Source of the DNA: Gekko japonicus
Lineage: Eukaryota
Length of the DNA: 64,000 nt
Assembly: GCF_001447785.1 (NCBI RefSeq)
Contig: NW_015161423.1
Coordinates: 622,700 to 686,699 of the forward strand
Reading direction: 5' to 3'
Shown: in pieces, positions 25,127 to 36,902 of the stretch
How positions within the stretch are numbered: position 1 is the stretch's first letter
How the letters are laid out: each line of letters opens with the position of its first letter
Translations under genes and position numbers: made by a program
The notes under the pieces: generated by a model
What the model was told of the DNA's origin: nothing
What the model saw: only the letters and a program-made list of their open reading frames with translations
Database searches by the model: none

Positions 25127-26916
25127 TATAGCCTACCTGGGGGAAGTCAGCCAGAAGCAGTGAAACAAAATGGTCCTAGTGGAGTAGAAAAACAAATAAT
25201 AAAAGTTGAGAAGAAAGTACATGAAAGTTTACAAAAAGTACTAACCCCCCCAGTATAAACAGGAATGAAAGGGCAGCATAGGTAGCAGTATGGCAGGCAG
25301 CTGAAACGAACGGTAGCAGCAGTAGTAACAGGTCTACCATTTTGGTGAACACTGAAAAATAAAAATATACTACTTCTCTTTGTTGAAGAGCTCAAAGTGG
25401 TTTACAACATTGAACAACTACATCAATTAAAATAGAAACAGAAACAGAAATAGCATAGTAGATATCCAATAAAATCCTGTACAGTCATATAAAATAATAC
25501 ATAAAACCAATCTAATCTCAACCCTAAAACTGTAGGAACCCTACAAATTAGATCAAATATTACAATACCCACAAGCCAACCATGCCTTCCAATAGAGAGA
25601 TATTATGAGACAAAAGCATGCTGGAATAATTCTGCCTTCAGAGTCTTTGAAATGTCTATGTCCTGTAGCGCACAGATGTCTTCGGACAGTGCATTCCAGA
25701 GGGAGGGTGCCGCAATCATGAAGGCCTCCTCCTGGTGGAAGAAAGTTCATTTTTGAAGGGAGATGCATTGTGAAAATGGCACTTTATTCTTGTTCAGAGT
25801 GGGTTGGATGGTAATAAAGGAGATTTTGGGGGCTATCCCAGTGCCCTGGAATCACTTATGACTGTGCCTGGTAAGGAGGACTGGTTACCAGCTTTTGCTG
25901 CACTTTTGCAGGAAGCACTAAGATCACCTTCTTGGAGGGATGGTTTTCTCCCTTCCTACAAAATCCCATTGTATGGTAGATAGAATACCCAGTTTCTCCT
26001 GGAAGTAGGATTTTGCAGAAGACACTGGCAACAACTCTCTGCTGATCCTGCCTCCCACAGAAGACCAATGGAAGGGATTAAAAACCACCCCTCCTGGAAG
26101 TGAGAATAACTACAACTCTGCTAGACCAGGCCAAAGGTGTAACATCTTGTTTCCTGCATTAATACCCCAGGAAACTGATAAGCAGTGTATGGTTTTCTTC
26201 CATTAGTGGGGCTGGAAGTCCTCTAGAGGCTCACCAGATTGGGGGGTGGTACTTGCTAGTAGCAAGCAGCCAAGTGAATATGGGACTCTGTTAGAGTTGC
26301 CAGCTCTAGCTTTGTACATTCCTGGAGGGAAAAAGCCTTGGGAATGTGAAGTTTGGGAAGGGAGCTTAGCAGGAGTATAATTCTATAAAGTCCACTCTCC
26401 CAAGATGCTGCTTACCTCACCTGGAGGTTGGCAACCCTAGATCCTATTCATGTGGTTGCTATTTCAAATAGGTGGGCATCATATCCCTATTAATTTCAGT
26501 TGGTATAAAATCCCATTTACTTGTATAATTGCTGGCTAGGGTTCCTAAAATTTCTGCAATTGTTCCCACAACTGATGGGAAAAGATGTCCATGTGGTTTG
26601 ACTCCAAGCTATATTTATAAAGCCATGTACGCAATGCCCTCCCATTAGGAATCCTACAATTTATGTAGTTTGTAATCATGTTCTGAAGCTGAACGACATG
26701 AGTGGATGTCTTTCCATGCGTGTATAACAATGTCAGCAACCACAAAGGTGACACTGATCACACTGGATATGTGTATTTGTGAGGGGATCTTAAGTTCTGT
26801 AATTCTGAAAAACAGTGTTAGGGGCTATGTATGACTTAGTAGAAAAATATATACAAATGTGTATTTCTTGATGCATTTTCTGCTTCACAGAGAAATGTGT
26901 GCTTGAAATTAGCTTT

Positions 26917-27363
26917 AAACACCAAAAGGCTAAGGGATATGCTTGTATAGGCCCATCGATTCTGTTAAATTTAAAATTACTAAATTATTGACATATATAC
27001 AAAAATATACATGTATTTATTACAAAGTAGATTAAAAACAGATATTGGTCCTCATGATAGCCTTAATTAAGAATCAAAATGTACAGTGACAACCAGAAAT
27101 TACCATAATTGACCCTGACCAGACATGTTTCAGCCTGTTAGCCTTCCAGTTTGTTCTATTTTTCCTTTCTCCTCCAGAAAAACCTCATCTTGGTCAATAT
27201 CTGTTTTTAATCTACTTTGTAATAAATACATGTATGTTTTCGTATATTTGCCAGTATTTTTTAATTTCAAATTTGACTAACAGAATCATTGGGCCTATAC
27301 AAACATAGCCTTTTGGTGCTTAATTCAATTTATTTTCACCTCCCTCCCCTTCTTTTGTTTATT
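26917..27363. mobile_element. Foldback element with about 125-bp inverted arms (Penelope-like remnant)
   Basis: Arms at 26920-27047 and 27195-27318; flanking direct repeat cttgaaattagcttt/cttgaaactagcttt. Confidence 0.6.
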
Positions 27364-27595
27364 CTTGAAACTAGCTTTCAGTGTTTTTAGTGAACTGTGC
27401 TAGCTTCTAGAAACTATAGAAATGCTATTTGTGGTAACATTTTCATATTCCAGGTTATATAAAACAAGTGCACCTATTTTCAGCTGGCAGATGATGGAGG
27501 GTAGGAAATCACGAGAACTGATGTAGTGATTAGGTCACACATTTTGCTGTCTCGTCTGTTTCTTCTAATCTCCTTTTCTGCTTCATTCTATTCAG

Positions 27596-27631
27596 GGACA
27601 GCCTGGAACAAGAGGGTTTCCTGGGTTTCCA
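27596..27631 (+). CDS. COL13A1: COL13A1 exon (GQPGTRGFPGFP), 36 nt
   Basis: ttcag|GGA...CCA|gtaagt. Identical to the recalled human peptide. Confidence 0.95.
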
Positions 27632-28479
27632 GTAAGTGGAACTGTTAACACATGCTATTACATATGAATGATATACCGTATTTCCAACTATAGCGTCACT
27701 GGAGTTAAACACCTCTCAGTGCAGCTGTTCTAGAAATGGTTGGCCTGCAATCACATCACAGGAAAAATGTTGCTATTTTTTTGAAAAAATTGTTACCTTA
27801 TTTTTATTTTTGCAAATGTATCATTTCATAACAAATAATTCAAAAAAAATAAATACTGTAAAATATTCAGAGATGTTTGAGTTAACTTCCAGTTCTGGCA
27901 ACGTAAGGAATGTAAGGTAAAAACAATGTTCATTAATTTTTCCTGTTTGAGATTCAAGGGGAAAAGTCATCATCCAAACATATTAATGTTCAGTATCAAC
28001 GTGTTAGCTCATATTGTTTTTACTGATTCTCCCTGTATTTTTCTTCCGGTTAGTGGATAAGGCAGCCAGACTATTGTATAGGTTTGAACCTGTGCAATTT
28101 CCAAGAAAAACCCAAGCTGATATGCGATCCCCCATAACTCCTGTATCCCAAGTTCTTAAGATCCATTGATAAATATGTATTGTATCCTTATTAGTCTGTT
28201 ACAGCACCAAAAAACAACCTTACGACGTCTTTAAGAAGACTGTCAAATTCATTATTGCATAAGATTTTGTGAATTAATGTCGACTTGAAAGTTCTAAAGT
28301 AGCCCATGAAAATTCTGCCATGATAAATATTTAAGGTACCAGAATCTTTTTTGTTTTGATAAAGACTTGACTTCCTCCTATTTCCCCACCACATTTTCTT
28401 TATGGTTCTTGGGGTGTTCCACCAGTACCCACATTCAACAAATGAAGCAGGATAAATGGTCTCTCTCTGTGTGTATCTG

Positions 28480-28677
28480 TCAAGTCACAGCTGACTTAGG
28501 GTGACCCTGGGAGGTATTCAAAGCAAGAGATGGTCAGAGGTGGTTTGCCATTGCCTGCCTCTGCATAGCAACCCTGGACTCCCTTGGTGGTCATCCATCC
28601 AAGTACTAAACAGGGCTGAACCAGTTTAGTTTCCAAGATTTGAGGAGATTGGGCTAGCCTGGACTATCCAAGTCAGA
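28480..28677 (-). mobile_element. 5S rRNA-derived SINE, second copy
   Basis: Homologous to 2615-2781; the minus strand has 5S-like TTAGTACTTGGATGG. Confidence 0.75.
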
Positions 28678-29743
28678 AATGAAATATTAAGGGTATTTAA
28701 AGGTTAAAACAGCATAATTTAAGTTAAAATAACTCATCTATTTTGTAAACTGAGAATCAAGCAAGCAAAGGGCATAATGCAGCCAAAGATTTGTACATTT
28801 AAGCCTCACTAAGATCTGTAGTTTGTGCCCAAAGAAAATAAAACCCTGAGTGCCGTTTTAAGGATTGTTTATATTTTAGTATTTCTAACTTTCACAGTCA
28901 GAAACATTATTATGGATGGACTTTGCTCTCTTTTTTTGTGAATTTAAAATAGTGTTTCTGGACAAAATCTTAAGTCTTTCATTTAAAAAACTTCACTTTC
29001 TCCTCAAGTTCCCTTTCTCCTGTCTCATTACTTTTTGATTGATAATACTCTTCAAATTTTGCAGTGATAGCATCGTAGCTGATTTTCTGCTCTGAAGATG
29101 TTCAGAGGAATTGCAAATATTTGGTAATACTGCTCAGATCCAGCATTACTTAAAAAAAAAAAAAGAACTACTGCATTTGGCCTTTAGCACCTGAAATGAG
29201 AAACAGTATAATTTCTTCTTAAACATTTCCCAGTCCTTTTTTGTGCTTTTTGAAAGAGTTGAACAATGAGGAACTTTTATTCCATAATTATGAAGTGTCC
29301 ATAGGTATCTGTTCATTTTATGCCAGTCCTTAGCAGAAGTTCTTTTCCTGGTAACATATGTTGTTAATAATGCAACATTTGTATTAAGATGACAACTATA
29401 GTAACTGACAATTAAAACATAACCATTGAACCATTGTCAACTATAATACACAGCAAACTGTGACACAGCTTTCCAAGATTCTATATCTTAAGCTACAATA
29501 ACTAATAAAATCACAAAAGGTTGCCCTGTTCTTTATAATCATCACTGGCACAATTGTAGTGCCAGCTTAATCCGAGTTATACCCTTCTAAGCCTATTGAG
29601 TTCAATGGACATAAAAAGATGTAATTCTGTTTAGGATTGCACTTCTAGATCTGTTAGGACTAGGGTTGTGGTTTGCACAAACACAATCTAAATAGTTTGC
29701 CTATTTTAGTTCTTTACCTCTTTTTACTCCTTTTTAATTTCAG

Positions 29744-29770
29744 GGCCCAATTGGTTTAGATGGCAAACCA
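29744..29770 (+). CDS. COL13A1: COL13A1 exon (GPIGLDGKP), 27 nt
   Basis: tttcag|GGC...CCA|gtaagt. Confidence 0.95.
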
Positions 29771-30868
29771 GTAAGTGAAACATTTTAATTCTCATTCTCA
29801 CCTTCTTAACCTTTTGATCTGATAGTTTCCATCCATAAGACTAAAAATGTTCACTCCCCACTTGCGGGGAGGATAAAAACTGAATTAATTAAATAGATAT
29901 ATAAAACTTGCAACTTGCCTTAGAAATTAAAGATGTCACAAATATTTAAAAGCTGTCAATTTATGTTGTCTTCTGAATACCTTTTTCAAAAAGTTGCATA
30001 TGGCATGTTTGACAGGCAGGTATAATGCATGTTAGTGCCGAAGTATAGCAGGGTACATTTTAAACAACAGGAAAACAGCACAGCATACACCCAGGGACCT
30101 TGATTAATGGGTTGTATTTACTAAGCATTACAGTGGTGCCTATTATCTATTTGAGTTTCATTTGAATATAAGGGTTCCCTGCTTAAAAAAAAAGTGTTCC
30201 TGTATAACTCCCTAATCATCTTTGTGCTGTGGGTTTCATTTTAATATTAAAAAACAAATATTGTGCCATTCCTTTATGAAGTGTAAAAGTACAAATGTAA
30301 AGAGAATATATGTTACTCAAAATGCTGAAAGAGGAAGCACAACTCCTCTTTATGCAAAATTTGGTGTGCTATCACACCAGTGTAAAATATATGCTCTTCT
30401 TGCAGGACAAATATACATTAGAAAAGGCTTCTGTCTATTATATTATAATGCGAGCTCTCTTTCTGTGGCAGATCATCCACACAGTACATCAGTTCATAAT
30501 TCCATTCAAAACAATTTCTTTTCAGCATTACTATTTTGATAGATGGTTGTGCTCAGCAGAGGGAGCTGTGAACTTTTCTGTTAAACTCCTTGATAAAACA
30601 CTTGTCTTAAAAAAATCTTCTGACCTTCACAGTACACTAAGCAGTCACACGTACCTTATGTGCAGCAGAACATAAAATCTAGAGGCAGATTCTAGAATCA
30701 AGGAACATAAATGGGTATGGAGGACCATAGGCTTCAGTACCACTTAATAATAATGTGAAAAAGCAATAGAGTCTAAGATACTATGATAGTGGTATGTGGA
30801 GCTTAAAATAGCTCTTAGGTCTGGTTGTTAAAATGCTTACATCAGAATAATCTTTCCTTTCTGTTTAG

Positions 30869-30895
30869 GGACATCCTGGACCGAAGGGAGAAATG
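30869..30895 (+). CDS. COL13A1: COL13A1 exon (GHPGPKGEM), 27 nt
   Basis: gtttag|GGA...ATG|gtaata. Confidence 0.94.
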
Positions 30896-31133
30896 GTAAT
30901 ACAACTTTAATCTGCATGTACATGATATATACGGAGTTGGGTCTGGAAGCTCCCTAGTCCATTAAAGAACAGAGATGGGAGGGATGATTGTGGGGTCAGA
31001 AGTATGTGTGGAGTTTGACTTTCATTTCACATCTGGCCTGAACTCACCTTCAAATTATGGGGGGGGGGAACCAGCTGCACAGCATGGTGCAGCAGCATGA
31101 CGGGCTTTGGTCCTCCCTCCCTTCCATCTTTTG

Positions 31134-31462
31134 TAGGGTTGCCAAGTCCCTACCTTTTGCTGGTTGGGGGGAGGGGAAGCTCCTCTCCCAGGATCTTCTG
31201 GCATGCGCACTACTGGAAATGATGTCATCACACTGGGCACGTTGCCAGGGGATGCTCTAGCATTCGGCTAGAAACTCTATGATACTATAGAGATTTCAGG
31301 CTGAATGCTAGAGCATCCCCCAGTGATGTGCCCGGCATGATGACGTCACCTGGAGGCCCAATCCAGGCACTTTAAAGGCACTGCCAGCCGGATCCGGGCC
31401 AGCGGATCAGGGACCCCTAAAGCTGGCCAACCCCCACCCCCCTGGGGGATTTGGCAACCCTG
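31134..31462. mobile_element. hAT MITE (TAGGGTTGCCA family) with internal palindrome
   Basis: TIRs, TSD atcttttg, and internal inverted repeat GATGCTCTAGCATTC...GAATGCTAGAGCATC. Confidence 0.85.
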
Positions 31463-34059
31463 ATCTTTTGCCGTTTTGATAGCAAAAGATGGGTGGGAGG
31501 GACTCTTTTTCATGCTTCCTTATTTTTGTTGACAAAGGCCTGATTGGCATCATTGGAAGTTTTGTTTGAAGTGATGAAATAAATGTTCTGCCTTACTCAA
31601 GTTGTTACTTGAGGTTTCAGTCCTCATGATGAGTGCACATGGTGTTTGTGTTTAGATTACTTGTGACCTATATAGTCCAACAAGAATTTCTTTCGTTTTT
31701 TAATGTTTAAAATTTATTTGCAGTTTGAATTTCAGTTATGCTGGTTATTATGAATTTGTTTAGCTGTGTGAATTATGAAGCTTCAGTTTGCAATTAATGT
31801 TTCTTGCACTTTGCTGTTTCTCATTAAGTCTGCTTTAAGCCATCTCAGAATAGAATTACACTGAACCATTAGCACCAATCTACTGCTGTTGTCTTCAGTA
31901 CTATGTTATAGTAATAACATGAATGTCATGGAGATTCACCCCTAGGTAATGGATGTGAGTTGCTAGGTGAATGGCAAGTGTAGAATCTTCTGTGAACCAG
32001 TCATTTTATTTCTTTACTACCTGGGGATGCCTTCCTAAACCACCCCTTAATCCAATCCTAAAAGGCTTTGTGTCACACATGGGAAGCTACAACCTAGAAA
32101 ATGATCAAATGGTGGCAAACATGTTAGATTCAGTACTCTCATCTTGTCTTGTAAACTCCATCTCACATCACCAGAGTCCTGTGAATTCACCTTAACTTCC
32201 CAGTAAATGGGTTTGGGTGCTGGACTTGTGGTTTTATGACTGGGCTTAGAGGCTAATGTTTACGGAAAAATCATTAAGTAAATTCAGCAAACTTTGGGGG
32301 AAAAAATTCCCCCTGTATAAGAAACAACAAAAATGGCTTAACATTTTATTTGCTTCTACTTTTCACAAAACTGTGAATGTGTGTTATCATCATATCTCAA
32401 GAAAAGTAGGGTTAGGGAAAACATGTAGATGTTTCATACTAATGGAGTGAAGCAACAGGAAGTTGTATTTGGATATGTGGAGCAACAGGAAGTTGTGTTT
32501 GGATATCTATTTTCATTCTCCATTATTTTTACCAGAATTATTTGTTAGGACCCCATACAGTTTAAAAAATTAACTGTCCACAAAATTGTTTAAGACCAAT
32601 AAAGTTTAATTCTGGGTACCTAGAATTAAATTTTGTTGATCTTAGAGGTGTCACTCGATTCAGAGTTTATTCTGTTGCTTCAGACCAACACAGCTACCCA
32701 CCTGAATCCATGTTCACAAAATTATTCAAGACAGTAACTTGGAAAGCATATGGTAATACCCAGGCCATCTACTTATCTTGCTTGTAACTGGACACATTTT
32801 CATGTACTTTATTTCTGGTCCATAAATTCTATTCACTTTGTTAATTCTGATGCCACCCTGTGTGTTTTGGTTTGTTCCAGCAAAGTATATCATTTCAGTG
32901 TGTGGTTGAATTCTTGGTACAGCTAGCTATGCCAGAATTTTACCCTCTGTCTAAAACAGTGAACCACAGGGTATAATAAATACTTCACTTCCTCTCTGAC
33001 TTAATGAAATAATCATACCTTATAGTCTATCAAATACTACCGGGTTGTGTTCTGGCAAGCTTCTGCTTGCTTTGGCATAAAACCTATTGGGCTCTAATTC
33101 AATTTCACTTTTCAAATTAATTGTCATTCTGCTTCTTGTTTTGTTATTGTAATACATGTTTATTTGTTCTAGTCACAAAATGGTTTTTCTGAGGAGCCAT
33201 GCTTTTAATATCTGATGAATTGACTATGAGGATATTGTTTTTGTTTTTTAAATGTAAGCATTAAGCCAGGCCTGCCTAGGGTTGCCAGCCCCCCCCCCCC
33301 AGGCCACCCGCAGGGGATACACAACTGACTTAGTCTAATTCTTCCTCCACTAAACAAAACTTAAGATCCAGTTTAGACTTACTTATTCTATGCTGCGTAA
33401 AACTTTTACTTGTCATGATGCTACACTTGAGAAGAAAAACATTTAAAAGAAACGTAACGTGGGCAATTCATAGCATTTGCAGTGATTGCTGCTGGCCAGC
33501 CCTGTGTGCCTCTGACAACAGCATAAATAGCAGGCAGTTTCTACCCATGTTGACTGGCTACACATGTAAGAAATTTTTTATCATGTCTGTCCCCACCATG
33601 AGTATTACCAAGACTATTTCCCATGGTCTGCTCATAGGCACATATAGGGTTGTCCCAAATTACAACTGATCTGCAGATTTACAGATATTAATTCCCCTGG
33701 AGGCAATGGCAGCTTTGGAAGGTGGACTCAATGGCATCACTCCGCCAGTGAAATCCCTTTCTTCTCCTAACTCCACTGTCCCCAAGCTGTGCCTCCAAAC
33801 TTCAGGAATTTCCCAGGCCACAGTTGGCAGCCCTAGGTTCCCAGTGTGTATAATAGGAACAGTGATCACATGTTTCTTGAAGAAACCTAAATATTTTGCT
33901 TGAGAATAAACTGACAGGATGATACAGCGTATCTCACTTTTCTGTGGCTATGTCCAATGTTTTATTCCAGACTACATATCATGTACTGCCATATTTGTCA
34001 TGTGGCTCATCTTGTTCATCACACAGTATAATGTTTGCTTGTTTTTCCCCCCTTCAAAG

Positions 34060-34086
34060 GGCACACCTGGTCCCAAAGGGCAGCCA
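34060..34086 (+). CDS. COL13A1: COL13A1 exon (GTPGPKGQP), 27 nt
   Basis: ttcaaag|GGC...CCA|gtaagt. Followed by a 103-nt intron. Confidence 0.92.
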
Positions 34087-34189
34087 GTAAGTTCTCATGC
34101 TAACACTTTCTGTTCATATTACTGTTTGGTATTTCTTACCACTGATACATACACAACCTTGATATTTATTTCTCTTCTGTTTCCCAAAG

Positions 34190-34216
34190 GGTCCTCCTGG
34201 GCAAAAAGGAGAAAAG
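34190..34216 (+). CDS. COL13A1: COL13A1 exon (GPPGQKGEK), 27 nt
   Basis: cccaaag|GGT...AAG|gtaaga. Confidence 0.94.
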
Positions 34217-35616
34217 GTAAGATTAGTAGAGATAACATTAGTAGAATGAATACTGGAGAAATTATTTTTAATTCACCATGGGACAAAATGTTTCTAGATT
34301 TAAGTTTGTGGCTAATGCAACCTGGAACTCTGTTTGTAAAAAGGATGACTCTAAAGCAACAGCCTCGCTTATTTTTTATTAGCAATCATGTTTGAAAACA
34401 ATGTTACTTTTCTAAATGTGAGTTCATGCATACAATCATGCATGTTTGCGGGGGAAGATTTCAAATGAAATTTCTCCCAGCAAATTAGGAAAATTGTGCT
34501 TGCAGAAAACTATAATTATATGTTAAGGGTTGGATCCAGAGCAAGGATTATGCAATGGCTACAGATTTTCCCCATGTCCCCTCCCCTTCCCCAGCAGCAC
34601 GTTCAACCTTGGAAAAGTTTATTCTAGCAGTCACAGAACCCACATGGAGTGGTGAGAAGAGGAAGGGGACAAAATCACCCTTCTTGCCTCTTCCATCAGT
34701 GGAGCTATGCTGACAGAAGAGACAGGAAGGGCAATTTTTTGTCATTCTCATGGCCTGCGGCAGCCTCCCAACCTGAATGACTATTGTTCCAAATGGATCC
34801 TGTAACCTCAGGAATAAACCTTCCCAGGGTCTGAAAGGACTGTTGTGGGGAGGACAAAATGCTGGATCCAGACTCAAGCACACAGATCCAAAGATGTTAG
34901 TTCAGCAACACCTGACTCCATATTTCAACACACAACTTGTCAATTAATCTTACCATTAAAAAAGAAACAAGACAATAGTAGATGCCATTGAGTCCATCTG
35001 CTCCAGGAAATCCTGGGAGATTTTGGGGTGGGTACCTGGGAATGGTGGCATGTCAGGGAGAGTGATATCACTTTCTCAGTGCCCCTCTAGGAATTTTCCC
35101 AGTTTCTATGTCTTTTACTGCAGACACTGGGGAAATTCCTGGAGCATCACTAAGAAGTGACAGTACTTCTGGACAGATGAGTCACTGGTTGTGACATCAC
35201 ATCAGGATGATGTTGTAGGACCTTCCCCCTATCTCTATGGTAAAGACTATAGATATTGGATGACATTCGAAGAGGTCACCATTGATTGCCACTCCCCCTT
35301 GTGTTTTCTCCTGTCACTAAAATTAGCATGGGTGGGGGAGTGAGGGTGGGTGTGGGAGGTTGCCTGCTATCACTGGACAAATAGCAGCCCTAGACAATTG
35401 TTTTGAATGAAACAAACCAAAACAATTTCAAAAGAAGTTGGACAGAGGGAACAAGAGCTAGCAAATAGCAAGCTGTTTTCCAGCATGTGTAAATCTGCTG
35501 AAACTGATGGAATCATGGCAACAGTGCATGTGCTAGGACCCTATCCCCTTAAATCTATTTTAGTTTACAGCATTCCCTATTTTAAAAAAAATTCTTTTAA
35601 TCTCCTCTTTTTGCAG

Positions 35617-35643
35617 GGTCAGTGTGGAGATTATCCTCACAGG
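35617..35643 (+). CDS. COL13A1: COL13A1 exon at the COL1/NC2 junction (GQCGDYPHR), 27 nt
   Basis: ttgcag|GGT...AGG|gtaagc. Matches the diagnostic type XIII motif GQCGEYPHR. Confidence 0.96.
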
Positions 35644-36677
35644 GTAAGCAAGCTTTTTTAAAGTGATTGTTTTCTTCCCTGTGTATTATGCCTCCTATAT
35701 CTGAATGACTTATTAGGGAATTACAGAACATGTCAACTAACAATGGTCATCACTGGATCCTACAATCCTCTCCCCACCAGCACCTTCAGATTTCTTTCTG
35801 GCCTATATTACTGGCTGAGAGGGTAATGAACTTTCAGAAAGGATTTCATATCCTTATTCTTTGGCGGACTTAACTGACCCTAGAGGAGTATAAAATATAT
35901 AACCCAGCAATCAGTGCCACATCTTACTCCATGCTCTCCTACTAATTATTCTGTGGTGTCCTTCCCATTTGGATTTTTTAAATTGGAAAAATTTATTAAA
36001 ATAAAATACTATGTACATCCATAGTATGGAGTCTCAGTGACCCCAACACAGGGACCACTTAACAGCATGACAGTCGCTTGATGCAGCCGCTCGGCTAAGT
36101 GTTAACCATTCTGTATTTTTTTTTTCTGTTCACACCTACAAGAGATGATGAGTTGAAGGAGAAAGTAAGGTATAAATTAGATATTATTAGATCTTATCTA
36201 GGTCAATTAGATCTTATACAATAGTTTTAGCTGTCCTGTAAACAATAATCCTTAAAACAAATTCACATTTTTTTATTAATTTTTTTAAATGGTCTTTAAA
36301 AAGCAAAACAAACCAGAGCAGTGACTAACTGGGATGTATTTATTCTTGATATCTGGTTTCTAAACTGCTTTTTGAAAACCTAGCAAAGTTAACTTAGTCA
36401 GACCTCTTGATATATATCCAGAAATCCCCACTCTGTGCACAATGTCCACATCTTATTGTCCCACCTGCTATGTTATCAGAAGGAGTTCACTTTCATAACA
36501 ACACCACAGATATGTGTAAATCACGTGGCAAGATTTCATGTAGGGTATGATGTATTGCCATTTGCCACTTTTCTTGACCTTTATACTTCCATGAGGGAAC
36601 ACTGCAGAGGGTGAGATTGAAGGGATGCTCACAGCCTGTCTGGGGGGTGGTCATGGTTGCTGGTGCCCCATGGCTTC

Positions 36678-36902
36678 CTCCTGGTGTGGTGTACAGGTTA
36701 CAGTGCTAGACTGTGTTCTGGGAGACTCAAGTTTGAATCCCCACTCTGCTGTGGAAGCTTGCTGTGTGACATTGGTCCAGTAACAGATTCTCAGTCTCAC
36801 ATACCTCACAGAGTTGTTGTGAGGATAAGGTGGGGGAGGGGAGAACAATGTTGCAAGCTCCTTTGGGTCTCCATTGGGGAGGAAACAGGATATAAATAAA
36901 TA
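36678..36902 (+). mobile_element. Older tRNA-derived SINE (Squam-type)
   Basis: GTTTGAATCCCCACTCTGCTGTGGAAGC...CATACCTCACAGAGTTGTTGTGAGGATAA...ATAAATAAT. Boundaries approximate. Confidence 0.65.
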
